Notes: generated from the letters alone by a model not told the origin. 61,211 bases of DNA, filler included, from Sphacelaria rigidula (GCA_964200075.2; 5 parts of 5 records of this genome joined end to end with filler, not necessarily neighbours in it); one strand, 5' to 3'. Positions 39,352-52,537 are shown, counted from the whole stretch's first letter. Program-made: numbers and translations.

Positions 39352-39973
39352 CCCTTTGGGAACCCTCCCCTCCCGTCCCCGGTCTAGACGCCTCATTATT
39401 TCAAGCGCTGACAAACAAGAAAATATCAAAAAATAAAATACCGACAACCACCATTTTTACGGCGGAAGGCCACAGAAGAATCCGACATACATACGTCATG
39501 CTCGCAACAAAAATATCGCCCCGGTGCGGGCGGGTTAGTTTCATCCAGCGAGGGGATGCAACGGGTCAAGTGTGTTCATCTTCGTGCACACAGCAAAAAT
39601 CAGGAGCGCGGCCTTCGAATTTCATGCAACGAAAATCAGCACAACCTACATATTTTCTTTATGTGCAGTCCCGTGTGGCACTGGGGCACACTTTTATAAC
39701 GGTCACGCATCGCACGAGAGTTTTGCGCTGCAGTCCGGAGGTCGTACCCGCCCAACACTTGACTAGCGTGCTAAGCCACTTCACAGAAATCCCCTCATCA
39801 CACGTGGAAGGATTGAGGGGCGATATTTTCGCGATTCACCGCAAGTTGGATCAGGTCTGAAAAACACGCCTTGGGCAAAATAGTGCTGCGTGGAAGCTGC
39901 ACACAACCAATCATATGTCGTTCAAAAACAGCACCTCGAAATCAGCGCCTTTCCATTGTCGGTACCAAAAGGG
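39352..39973. mobile_element. piggyBac-type non-autonomous element (622 bp)
   Basis: TTAA|CCCTTTGGGAACC ... GGTACCAAAAGGG|TTAA, TIR 11/13. Confidence 0.65.
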
Positions 39974-40119
39974 TTAAATGGTGTGCATAAATATCCTCAT
40001 CGCGGAGAGGGGCTACCTCTACAAAGTCCTTCTCTTTACAACTACAAGCATGTACGAAGAGACGCATAGCTGGATAGGGCGAGGGAAGGGAGGTTGGAGG
40101 GGGGTGGAGGAGGGTGGAG

Positions 40120-40400
40120 GTGGTACTCATGATCCTGCATGCCGTAGTCGCGAGGCCATCGTCGCATTCCCACAAAGAGGGGACCGAACACGCCGGGGTT
40201 TTTGCTGGACCAGGCTCGCAATCAATCACCAAGCGCGAAGCACCGTGATGTGTTCGGCAAATCACATGTGGGGTGAGCTGCACGCTGCTATGTTTGTTCG
40301 GTCCGGAGCGTATTGATTATCTTGTTGTGGATGATAGCCTTGAATTAGTCTTCTTTTTTCGGTTTCTGCCACTTCCAGAGCCAGTCATGGGTTACACACT
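40120..40400 (+). repeat. dispersed repeat, second copy at 47890-48170
   Basis: Shared CACGCCGGG...GGACCAGGCT.GCAATCACCAAGCGCGAAGC.CCGT.ATGTGTTCGGC. Confidence 0.85.
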
Positions 40401-40487
40401 ATCTCATCATGGGTTGGAAAGGGGGGGGCATGTGGATACTACCTTATGAAATTATTCCTGTTACATTTTGATCTCGCTTAATTGGTA

Positions 40488-40920
40488 TAACTCGCCAAAA
40501 ACACGACTTTGCTCGGAAACCTTCAGAACGGTTGGCTGGAAGCACGTGTTGCACCCTTGCACCGACTAACACCGAGCAGATGTTGTTCTCTCCATCAGCC
40601 ACGCCCAAGAAAGAGGGACCGTACCGCACCTATCTCCAAGAGATTACGTATTAGAGGTTGGTAACGACCAGGGTGCAAAGAACAAAATCGGTATAGAGAA
40701 GGTATACTTACGCGCAGTGTGCCTCAAATTATTCCTGATTATTTTCAATCACACGCAATCAATGAAATACGCTGAAAACTCAGTGTTTGCTCGGAAGTCG
40801 TCAGGAACATCACCTGGGAATATGTGCTGCACCCTTGCCCGAAGCAACATCGGGGAAGAAATATTGTTGTCTCCATCGAAGGTACGCGAGGGAGGTTTGG
40901 TCCTCGAGCCGTACCGTACC
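40488..40920 (+). repeat. two diverged direct copies of a ~140-bp unit
   Basis: 40488-40630 versus 40765-40920 (TTTGCTCGGAA...TGCACCCTTGC...TCTCCATC...CCGTACCG). Confidence 0.6.
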
Positions 40921-41619
40921 CGAGTTGGTCCAGATTCGCATCCGGTGCATCTGAACGGGTCATTATTAATCAGTAGTACCCTTTCTGGACCGCAGCCCTT
41001 TTTTTTCAAGAGGTGTGCAGATGATTGGCATTTCTGTTGTAATTAGTCAGCACGCGCTCCGGTAAACACGCAGAATGCGCAAGCACATTATCCTGGGAGT
41101 CGACTTTGTCTCTGCTTCATTATATCCCTTCTCACCGACTACCATTGGTTGTGTCGGGGTAGGCTAACCCATCGACAGCACAACCAAGAAGTAAGGGAGG
41201 GTAAGTTGACCTACGGGCTTGCCTGCGTTTCGTGTCAGTGGTGATGCAACACACAGCCGCGGTAGTGGGTCATGCCCGACAGTGCTAACGCCCAGAGTCA
41301 ATCCTGCAGCTTCGAAGTTCTACCCTAGAATGGGAACCAAATTGAACCCCGCAGCTGCACCTTTTTACCCGGCGATAAAACACCGTTATGGAAAGCACGT
41401 TGATTGAGATGAGGCACGTGTGAGTGAGTATCAGATTCGGCGGACCGGAGATAGCGCCTGACGAGGGGTGGGAAGGCGGCACCCTCCCCGCGAGACCAAC
41501 AAGCAAGGCAAGTACTGTGATAGACTTGCCAAAGAAAAATCGAAACAGAAAAAAATCTCGCCTGTACAATTAGGAGGCGGGATAGACCAGGAAGGAGAGC
41601 AGAGCAAAGAGGAAGGCGC

Positions 41620-42600
41620 GTGAATATTGAGAAGGCTAATGCTAGTTTGGGTGATGGAGAGCTCAAAGTGGCTACCCATGATGTCCGTACACCGTCCCTC
41701 ACGGGAAAGAACGGAGCTGGCCATGCTGAGGTGGTCCTGCAAAAATTTCAGGCAGTCGGATGTGACATCATCGGGCTACAAGAAACGAGGAGACCAGGTC
41801 GAACCGAATTTTGTGCGTCGGGATATCGTGCGTTTTGCTACGGGGTAGAGGGGGGCAAGGGAAGGGCTGGTCAACACGGGGTTTTGTTGGCGGTCAAGGA
41901 GTCGATCATCAGCAAGGCGACGTGGACTCTTGCACTCATCAGCCAACGCCTCATGTCGATGACTTCCAACCAAGCAGGTGAAGCAAATGATTCTATATTT
42001 GTAGCTGCATATGCCCCTACAGACACTCCACAGTACAGAGAAGGGAGATATGTGTTCTGGACTGATTCAGACGGCATTGTGAACCGTATCCCCCAGAAAC
42101 ATCACCTGCTTATTTTCATGGACGCTAACGCCAGGACTGGAGTACGAACAGGCGAGGAGGAACGTCAAGTTGTAGGAGCGCACGGCCGAGACTCCCGATC
42201 CAACGACAGTAACGGCACATCTCTGATGCAGTTTCCAGGCGACAACAGGCTTTCCTTGGCCAACAGTTACTTTTCCACCCCCAAGGGAACACCTCGCGTA
42301 CGTTCAACGGTGTTGCAAATCGCTCCGCGGAAAAGAAACGCACTCACTACATCATCACACGGCAAGATCACCGTAGGCTTGTTTGGAATGTCACCGTCCA
42401 CCTTCAACCCTCCCAACCTCCCCAACTCGTCGGACTCTGACCACAGCATCGTGTGCGCCTCAGTGCAGCTCCTTGGTCGCTTCGCACACAACGGACCTAG
42501 ACGGATCCCAATTGGGCGGACAACGATCGACAGACGGGCAATAGTGTCCGATCCCAAAAGATGTCAGCAGCTCACCCAGCTCATCAGCAGCGAGCTATAA
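41620..42600 (+). pseudogene. LINE apurinic/apyrimidinic endonuclease domain
   Basis: VATHDVRT, DIIGLQETRR, HGV, AYAPT, MDANA and SDSDH motifs. Confidence 0.95.
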
Positions 42601-42965
42601 CAGAGTATACCTGGTGATGAATTTAGTTCACTGGCTACGAACTTTGCCGACGTACTCTTGAGTGCCGCTGAGAAGGTGGTACCCCGTGTGGCCCGAAAGC
42701 CACGTATTCCGGGGTGGTTCGAGAATGCTGAAATCAAAACGGAATTCGAACAGGCCTGGATAGAGGGGGAAAGAGCGAGATCAACGGTGAGACTGGGATC
42801 ATCTCGAGATAAACCCGCGTGGCGCACAGTTCGAGCAGCATGCAATAAGGTCAAATAGGCGATCCAACTTGGGGTGGATAAATGTATGGATGTGTATGCT
42901 AGAGAACTAGAGGAGGATACTCGAGCGGGGGACATGAGAGGGTGGTATAGACATCTCAACGGAGG

Positions 42966-44724
42966 GTGGAGACTGTCTGGACGATCGAGAGTGAGCAGTA
43001 CATGCGAGGTGAGGACGGCAATCTTATGCGGGACAAAGGTTTGATCAGTGGGAGATGGCAACGGCACTTCCCTATATTGCTGAACGCCATATCGGCAACT
43101 ATTAACCGAACCGTCATCGAGGAGTTTGTTGAACGACCAATAGCGCTGTCACTAGGAGACCCGCCAAGCCGAAGTGAAACTGAGGAGACTCTGAGAGCTA
43201 TGTCGAACGGTAAAGCAACCGGTCCGGATGGTATTCCTGCTGAAATTCTGAAGCGTGGACTGAACGGGGAGGCGTCGGAGATTCTGTACGACTTCCACAG
43301 CATCGTTTCTGCGGTTTGAACATCTGGCGAGGTGCCGCAAGAATGGAAAGATGTCACCATCAAAGTGCGATACAAAAAACAAAACTGGAACCAGTGTGGT
43401 AACTGCAGAGGCATTTCACTTGTGGCACATACTGCTAAAGTTCTCCTCAAAATCGTAGCCAACAGGCTCGGTAATTTCTATGAGGAAACTGATGTCTTCC
43501 CGGAACAGCAGTGTGGATTTAGGCGCCAAAGATCGACCACAGACATGATGCTCGTAGTACGCCGACTCCAGGAGTTGGGACGGCCGAGCAACGTCCCAAT
43601 AGGCGTGTGCTTTATCGATCTGCAGAAAGTCTACGATTCCGTAGACCGCACGCTCCAGTGGGAAGTGCTTGCTCGGTTTGGAGTCCCGTCGCGAATGATC
43701 GCGATCATCCGTATGTTTCATGACAGCATGCGAGCTCGGGTACAGCTAGAAAGTGGCGAAATATCAGCGTGGTTCCACGTCTGCCAGGGACTCAGGCAAG
43801 GTTGCGTTTCATTTCCGCTGTTGTTCAACATCTTCGGAGCAGACTTGGAGGAAGTGAGCGTTCAGCGGTTTGCGGCGGACCCAGTCATTGTCTCAGGCTT
43901 GGTCTTTCTAGATGATGCGCCAAAAGATGACGGCGGTGAACCCGTGGAAGAGACACCTCTGGAAAAGGTGCGACGAGGGGTGTGGGCAATGCTTTATGCG
44001 GACGACGCCGGCAAAGCCTCGAGGACCTCAGAAGGCCTTGCGCGAATGGTGGCCGTGATGGTGATGGCCTGCCAGGAATTCGGATGGTTTCCGAGAGCAA
44101 GACAGAGTCCATGTGCCTTTGGCCAGTAGGCCGCCCTGGGTATAGAAGCTGCCGGTCAACGGTATAAGCAGACGGGGAAGTTCATCTACCTTGGTGAAGC
44201 TATCATCGCAGATGCGAAAATGTCCATCGAAAGCAACCGTCGTATCAGCGCGGCGCAGGCGCGTATCCGGAAATATAGTTCCCAACTCTACGACCGACCC
44301 AACGCCGAACTATCCTTGAAAGTTCGACGGCTTAAAGAGGAGGTGGTAGAAGCTCTGTTGTATGGATGTGCCACATGGACGTTACGTTCTGAGGACTTTG
44401 ACAGTCTAGGGATTGCTCATCACAACCTCTTGCTGCGAGTGGTTGTATTCCGCAGGGAAGATCAAAATGGCTACAAAACGTTTTGTACAGAACGGTGCTC
44501 GAGATGACCAACTGCGAACGTATCGAGACGACTATCCGCAAACGTCAACTCTGGTTCGTGGGAATCCTTGTCCGGCAGAACGAAACACGCCTTCCTCAGC
44601 GCGTTATGAACGGTCGGTTGACCACACGAGTGCCCAAGGAGGCCGCCCGCCCCCCAAGCGATGGGAGGATACCCTGCAGGAGAACCTACGTACGCTAGGG
44701 GCTGTCCCGCACAAAGGAATCTGA
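42966..44724 (+). pseudogene. LINE reverse transcriptase and C-terminal region
   Basis: KATGPDGIPAE, RGISL, QCGFR..RSTTD, FIDLQKVYDSV, GLRQGC..PLLFNI, LYADD, FIYLG and LLYGCATW motifs. Confidence 0.95.
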
Positions 44725-45899
44725 CGGAAACGGTTCGTCTACGATGTAGAGGTGAACGATGCATACGATTGGATCACTGCGGCGAAACACATAGGCAAAT
44801 GGCATATTGGAGTCGGACAAGGAGCGGAAGAGTTTGAGGGCACGTGGCGACGCGCGGGCAAACGAGAGTCAGACCACCGTCACAAACGAGAGGCTGCTGC
44901 GTCGAGGGTCGCCAATCCTCGAATGCTGTCTGCCCGTATCAGTTGTTGATTATTTCCTTGGTCGGTAGCTCTGCGGTGCACATTGGTGTGTGTCTGTACA
45001 TACCCTGCTGCTGTCCTGAATCCCTCGGACGTTTTCCTGCCTTCTCTTTTTTCCTTTTATTTTCCTTTTTTGTTTTTAGATCGATCATTTCTTTCTGTGC
45101 TTTGCTTTTGTTGGCTTTTTATTCTTCCCTTCTTTGTTTTTAACGTCTTACCATACTATGTCGTTATGTTCGGCTTTTTATATTCCTTCTTTTTCTTCCG
45201 CGAGTGTTTTCAGTTTTTTTTTCTCGGGTACGTCGATCATGTAACCACGGCTGGATCCCTGGGGGATCGGCTAAAGTACGACAATCAATCAATCAATCAA
45301 TCAAATCAATAACTGCCGTTTACAAATCTAGTGACGACCAAAAACTAGAACGACGGGCCACGCATTCTTTTTGAGAGCAAGTATTTTGAATCTACCCACG
45401 ATACTCATCAAACATATGTTGACACCGAAGTTATCAGTGATTTCGGCAAATGCAATCGACGATTGGAAATAAACAGCAGCTTTTGCACCTCAGATATCGG
45501 GTGATGAGATTTGTGCTGGACAACCGGGCGTAGCATACAAGTGCACACTTCACGCCGCATTTTACGTTGACAAACATTACATCCAGTTTTGTTTTCATCT
45601 GTTTTCGAATATTGCACACTGGAGATTTCCCGGAAAACGTTTTCGTTCTAGCTTGACATTTGTGAGGATAAGTCTCATGAATTTGATACTTAGGAGCACT
45701 TCCCACATTTCTCTCGACATTTTGAGTTTCGCATGAGTTTCGTAGCGGAGAAGGAGTCTTCAAAAGCATGAATATCATAGAGTACTGGGGCTGACAGGTT
45801 GAGTTGACAAACGAGACTTGTTTGCAGAACTCCATATTTAGTGTATTTCTTGTGCGTGACCTTGCATGTGCTCTAGGTCGAGGCAGGTCGAGGCATAAC

Positions 45900-46800
45900 C
45901 ATTGTTCGAGATTTCCAAAAGTGCACATACTTTCGATCATCGAAGTGTGATGATTAAAAGTACAGTCCTCCCGAACATTTTGATCGCGCCGAGCATTATA
46001 ATTTCCGATTGTCGTTGCCACTGTCAAAAACGTCATTGTGCCACACAACCACCCTGCGCCGATCATCATGAACATGCGGGAGCGATCAAGATCGTTGCGA
46101 ACGCTATGCATTTCATAGGGGTTTTGTCGATGATTCCTTGAGCGTGTGGAAGGAGTCGTCAGACATCGCCCCACGTTTTGTGCACGAGATAGACTTGAAG
46201 CGAGTTATACACATCTGCCAGAGGGGGAAAGCATCGCTTCGATCATCGAAGGGTGGTGGTAAAGAAGAATGCATTTCCCCCCACATTTTGACAGTGCCGC
46301 TCAGAATCATTTCCCATCATCAACCCTTCCATCATGAAAAATAATTGTTAGCATTAGTCTGCACCAGTTATCATTCACCTTCACGAGCAATCTAGGGGGT
46401 GGCGAATGTTGCGTACTAATTGAGTTTCTGTCGGAGATCTCTTGTTTCGAGCTGTGGAAGCAGCCGTGAAACATGGACTCACTTTTTGGGAACGGGATGG
46501 ACTCGAAGGCAGTACTGCTGTAAGCACGACATTTTTTGCGATATGTTTGAAGAGCTACAACCCGTTTATCTGAGCCCAAAGACAGCTGTATCCGTCCGTG
46601 GCAATGTTGGCGCCGATGCAGATTACATAATCTCCCTGAGCCGTAAATCGGATTTCGACGAAACGAACCTTATGTGCGCGTTGTTTGGCTGCGTACGTGC
46701 GGCGTCGGGGTAGAACTGCGCTGCAAATGTTTTTTCCGCACCCCAAATTAAGATACAGTTTGTGACATTCCAACCGTTTCGCCCTAAGCGAAGACAAGCT
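45900..46800 (-). pseudogene. probable decayed Mutator (MULE) transposase
   Basis: AFESIPFPKSESMFHGCFHSSKQ resembles the MULE A-x3-FP...GCxFH..Q motif; a weak TTIGNYNAR downstream may correspond to TNNxxE; frames are broken. Confidence 0.45.
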
Positions 46801-48582
46801 TCTGCATTTCGCTGGCCGTCCATTCAACACACAGCCAAAATACGGCGAACTTCCACTCGCGTTCAGTGAATATTATCAGTGATACCTGGTCGCTGAGGCT
46901 GATCGTGGCTGGGTGATGGTCGAGGTTTTTAAGCATGCAACTCGTCCATACGTAGAAATTGACGTTGTGAGCTGTCAAACTTTGACAAAAATCGTCAAGA
47001 ACTCCTCGTTTTTGCTCGAAAACTCATTTTTTTCATCTACAGCGAGCAATTGTTAGTTTGTTGATTCGAATTTGGTTTTACATATTTTCTTCTCATGGCT
47101 AGTGCTTCCTGGCACCCTTCATTTCTATGGGTGTCTATAACGGAGGGAAAATGGACCAGCTGTACACGTCGCCTCTCAAGAATATATATACATTTCGTAA
47201 ACACCGATCAACGTCGATCACCTCTTCAACCGTCAGGGTAGATCACCTGTTGAATCGGCGTTCTCACTCGACGAATGGATACGGGACCTGGAAAGCCACG
47301 TATACAGTCCTAGCTAGTGTGACGTAATTTTGGTGTGAGTTTGTGAGGATATCAACTTTGAGGAAGCATTACGTGCTCTCGGCATCCTGCACACCTAGCG
47401 TACTTTCTATCATTGAACTAGTTCTTTTGACACACTCTGCATTGGTTTTGACGAGAAACGGTTCTAGATGCACCAGGTCGTATGTGTGGGTTATGCATCG
47501 AAATGCACTGCTGCCGTGCCCTACTTGTTGTGGGTCCGGATGTGGGGCAAAGTGTATACATCGCGTGCTCACCTCCGTATTCGTTGAGTCTGATGCTGCC
47601 TTCATACGCGAAAGCGTCATTGTTCGCGGGCTGATATTTGTTGTTAAATGGTTGGTCACGCATATGTTTTGTGGGTTATGTGCCTGGGATGCCGCTCTCA
47701 TTCAAAGGGATGTTTTGAAGGTGGCTTGTGAAGATCCAACGTTGTGATTCCAAACGCAACATTGACAGGTTCAGCCTGTCACTGCGTAGGTGCCTTTTTA
47801 TCGTCCGCAGTTGTGTATTTTCGCGTGCAGCGTGGGTGGTGCCATGTTCACTGTGTGCCTCACTCGTATGCGACACTCCACTATGGGGGTGTATTCATGA
47901 TCTTGCATACCGTTTTCATAAGGCCATTGGCCCCGAATCCCTACAAAACCGGGACGGAGCACGCCGGGTTCTCGCCGGACCAGGCTGGCAATCACCAAGC
48001 GCGAAGCGCCGTAATGTGTTCGGCGAGTCGTATGGAGGGTACGGTACATGCGGCTAAGACCGTTGGGCCCGAAGCGTGCGAACTATCTTTGCTTTCAGAT
48101 ACCGGCCTCAAACGAGTTGCTTCATTTCTTCTATCGCCACTCCAGAGACAGCGACGGGTTTCACACGGCCTCACAGGTGCCTCACCCGTTGAACCTCTGT
48201 GTAGTACGATCATTCCCTTTGCGCGGAGTGCAGGTTCTCCACCCCGCACAACATCATCTCCAATCATGGTTACCTGAAAAAAAGCAAAAGTGAGGAAGAA
48301 AACGGTAACCTGGTTACCTAGTTTACGCAGTGGGTGGCGTGTTTTACAGCGTCGTTGCCAACCGACGTCAACCCTCAGAAGGGGGGAGGGCACACTCTAA
48401 TGTGGGGAGGTGAAGCCCAGCGAATAGCTTAGGAACAGGTATACCCACAACGTAGACAATGGCCACCGACTTGAGGTGAATCAACCGACGGCAGTTCGGA
48501 AGGCCTACAAGTATTTCTTGCCAGTTCGATAAATATAATGAAATCACACGTTTGGCCGTGTTGTCGCCTTTGCACGGCACAG

Positions 48583-48654
48583 GTGACATTCCCGAAGAGC
48601 TGGGACAACTTACCGCTTTGAGAAGTCTGAGGCTGAACGACAACCAGCTGACAG
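48583..48654 (+). CDS. 72-bp exon encoding exactly one 24-aa leucine-rich repeat (G|DIPEELGQLTALRSLRLNDNQLT|G)
   Basis: Acceptor ...gcacag| and donor ag|gtgagc; symmetric phase 1; fits the IPxxLGxLxxLxxLxLxxNxLxG consensus. Confidence 0.92.
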
Positions 48655-48951
48655 GTGAGCGGTTTGTACAATGTCTTGCGAAACTGTTGGATGATTGCTG
48701 GAGGTTAGGATTGGAAGGCTGTTGTATCGTGGAAGTCGCTGCCTTGGCCAATGCAACGAGATTTCATAAATGCGAGGTCTGAACAAATGTTGTAATTTTG
48801 CATTAGTGTGGTGCTCGTGCTTGCTATAGAGATTTGACGTGGTGCGGTGGGCTGGACCCATCGGGTTTTGTGTGCTCTTTCGGTGTAGGAGCTGGGCCAG
48901 CCCAGAAACGGATTTAACCTGGCAGAGCAATATCTCATCACCGGAAACGAG

Positions 48952-49051
48952 NNNNNNNNNNNNNNNNNNNNNNNNNNNNNNNNNNNNNNNNNNNNTTAAT
49001 TAATTAANNNNNNNNNNNNNNNNNNNNNNNNNNNNNNNNNNNNNNNNNNNN
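48952..49051. other. artificial contig spacer
   Basis: Same block; it truncates the LRR gene. Confidence 0.98.
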
Positions 49052-49784
49052 CCGGCCTGGACCGCCCCCACCAGAGCCGGGGGCCGGCGCTGGGGGGGTG
49101 CGGGGGGCCGGGGGGTGGGGGGGGGGGGGGGGGGGGGGGGGGGACATCTAGGAAAATATTTGTTCACCCGACCAGTTTGTCGTCTGTTCACATTGGATCG
49201 CACTCTTGCACCTCATGCAGCGGCTAGCAGTGGCCTCCATGATGCTTCTTTTTGGTGTTCGACAAAAGTAATTTCTTCCTTCAGGACCAGAAAGGACCGG
49301 GGGGGGGCGGAGTGGCTGAATTGCGAGACATGTCGCCCCTCACATACTTGCAAAAAGTAAGCAGGGAGGGGAAATAAGAGACAAAAAAAGAAAGGCGCTA
49401 GGATAAGAATGATATGATGTTGTGTTACAGCTAGAAGTCAGCCATGGCTACCCTGGTTGGGTGTCATGACACCGTCTGTTACACCAGACCATTCCGAGTA
49501 CCTGTGCAGGGTTTCCCCATCTTCCTGTCGATATGGTTTGGCCACTGTAAAAGGGATTCAAGACTCAGGCATCACCTATGGCGGGCGCTGAAAGGGTCAA
49601 TGACCACTGTAAACATCATTATTGCGTCCCTCCAATTCAACAAATGTCTGTATCTAAATGCAAACCTCGGACGCGTTCGCACGCAACACACGGCACTGTG
49701 CGGCCATGCCGATTAGATCCGTCGACAGCAAAACGTCAGATAGGTGGGAGTAGATACTGGTGAGGAGACGGGATAATTCCTCAT

Positions 49785-49847
49785 AACTGTGGACTCGTCC
49801 CCAGGAAGGGAAGGGGTTGCAACATATCACGGGGAGCAAAAAAAAAA
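49785..49847 (+). mobile_element. SINE 3' fragment
   Basis: GGACTCGTCCCCAGGAAGGGAAGGGGTT followed by an A-tract. Confidence 0.6.
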
Positions 49848-52502
49848 GACAACGTGAATATAAAGCACGATGCCCTCTCCGCTAGATATAGAATCAGCTT
49901 TGAAATATTCCTGCCGACGGGACGTTGTTGGTCAGTTACATCTAACCCGCACGTTGAAAGACCGGTTGATCGCGGTGCCCGCATCCACCCCGAACCCGCT
50001 TAACGCTCCTCCGCAGCAGAAGCCTCTTAATGCAAGCAAGCAACTGCTTCCCAAGTGTTGCGAACATTTTTCTTTCTTCTACACGAGCTAGGAATTGATC
50101 CTTTTGGTGAGGCAATCAATCCCAGCAATCTGCTGTAAAATCTGTATACGGAATACTGAAAGATGGAGAGTCCGAGTTTAACCCTTCAAATCTTTATTTT
50201 TTTACGTTTTTCCGCGGGAATATTGCATGAATTTTCGTTAGTACCGATAAGAGCAAACGCACAATATCCGAAAGACGTACACATGTGCGGGTATCGACAA
50301 AATTCCAGTTGAGTTCGAGTACTTCCACCCGCCGTGACCTCTCGTGCCAACGTTTACTGTGCACGACGAATCGCCTATACACAAACAATGCACCAGTTCC
50401 TCTCCTTGCACGTATCTTATCTCTCGATCCATCTCTCATGCCCCCAGTTTTTCTTCCGTGTTACGAAAGCTCCCGGGAAATTTCCCGGTCTTACGAGCCA
50501 ATGCCCGCTGCACTAATTGCCCCCTCCCCCATCCCCTCGCCCTCGTTTAAAGTAAAACTTGTCACTGTCCATAGTCCTTCGCGTATGGATAATTTGCTGA
50601 TCCCTGAGCGCACACGTCGAAGCTCGGACGCGAAGTTTATTCAAAGCTCCATTTCTGGACAATGGCTTGTATAATCGATATCTCATCACGGTCATACCCC
50701 ATGAAGCATAAAGCATGAAGCATTAAGCATATCAAACGATGCCACACGTGTCTGTGGTTAACCCCCCCCCCCCCCCCCCCCCGCCCCCTTTCTCTTTCCC
50801 GGATGCACTATACACATGCTGTATTCTGTAAGTAGGAATAAAACTAAACCTACAAAAACCGGGTTCATATCCCGGATCATGGCAGAGACTGGCAGAGACT
50901 GCCATGTAGCGACAATATACAGCGGCCATCAACCGACGTAGCCTAGATGGTGTACCACTACAACTCGGATTCCCACATGTCACAAAAACGGCTCATACAG
51001 TATGTAGCACACACATACGACGTACACACAGCACGCACGGCACGCTCCTTCCGTCCATCTATATCCCCACATGCTGCCATCACATTCGAACCTCAAGCGT
51101 AGGATGCACTTTCAGCCGCACACGAGATCAGAGCATCCTGACTGGAATGCTACTCCCATCATCGGGGATCCATTGTTTCAAACACTACTTTCACCGTCGG
51201 AGGCCCTTTTTTTTACCGATCAGAAACAGACCAGGCACCACCCCTCTTGCTCACAATTCCACTCGGAATTTGAATATTTACCCGTTTTTACACAACACAA
51301 CCACCTGGCGGCCCATTTTCCTTGCCCCCCCCCTCCCCCGGCGCCGTATTTGATATATCGTTGCCGTAACAAATAACCTGTACCAGCATACCCCGGCGTG
51401 CGGACGTTGGTTTTCAAACGCGGTCCTACCTTGAAAGCTACTGAGCAGTTCTACCTGCCGCGAAGGGCGCAGCAACCCACAGATCTCCCCCGCCAGGGAC
51501 GTTTACAACGCTGCATCCTCTCACCGTCTGTCAGTATGATATCACCTCCTTTACGAATTACCGAGTTTCGCAGAGGAACGCCCGCGGTCGGGGTGCGAGG
51601 GGGGCTACTATACGGCCAATCGGCGGCGTATGTTTACCGTCGATATCTTCGTCTTGTTCGCTCCGCGTCCAGCAGTGCCGGCATCTAGCTTTCGCCACAT
51701 CGGAGCAGTCTATGTCCCGTTTGTCTCCCCGTCCTGCGAAACAGAAAAAGACGATTGGTCCCTGTGTGTTTGACAATACGTGCTGGTTTATCCAGAATGT
51801 TTCACTCACCCCATACTCCCGGCGTCAAAACGACTCCTTGGGGATCGGAGCTCAGCGCTGCCACGTATTATATCTTTGCGAGGCTGTGACGGTTGAGACG
51901 TGTGGCTCGAGTTCTGCTCATGACGTGACATGCAAAACAAGAGTGCGCCTATGGTGGAAGATTGCTTCACGTCCTGCATACACCGCGGGCGATTCACTGT
52001 ATTTAGCGAATGTTGATGTACTACTGTCAAGGCATCGCGACTGGGAGCCACGTATAACCCGTAGGGTACGAAGACTTGGTCGAAAGAGCTGTAAAGGTTG
52101 GCCCCACAACTTGACTCGAAAGTGTTTCTCCCGCGATCCCGCACGCGACGTCGAGGGGTGAGGGACCCAAACTTCTGAGGATAGGCGCGCATCGACAATT
52201 TGAAGGCCATCATGAACGCATTCTTGCAACACGGGTTTATTTGATCGACAACCTATCCACCCTCATCTTCGGAGTGAGTACATGAAAACAAGTGCGCCAA
52301 GAACGGCGTCCGGGTTTTTCATGCGCACCTCTCCTCCAATTCTTCAGGTCCCAACTCTCAAACCTTGCGTGAGAAGTTCGAAGTATGTGCATCCCCGAGA
52401 GTATATTTGTTAGAGATCGGAAATGGTTTGTCCAACCATTAAAGCCAGTTGAATGGTACAAAATGGTTTGGTCATCGGGCGGCGCAGCCGTGAGCCAAAA
52501 AG

Positions 52503-52537
<35 letters not shown>

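Larger units (their letters stand above)
41100..45310 (+). mobile_element. RTE-clade-like non-LTR retrotransposon, near full length, decayed
   Basis: Single APE+RT ORF broken by stops and frameshifts; pyrimidine-rich 3' UTR; (CAAT)n tail at 45282-45310. The 5' boundary is approximate and no TSD was found. Confidence 0.95.

Noticed and set aside
27543-44724. RIP- or methylation-like C>T bias in retroelement stops and C>Y changes
   Set aside because: Stops preferentially arise by such transitions anyway; cannot be judged without a consensus alignment
12167-49051. Regularly spaced TTAATTAATTAA palindromes
   Set aside because: Synthetic six-frame-stop linker embedded in Ns, not biology
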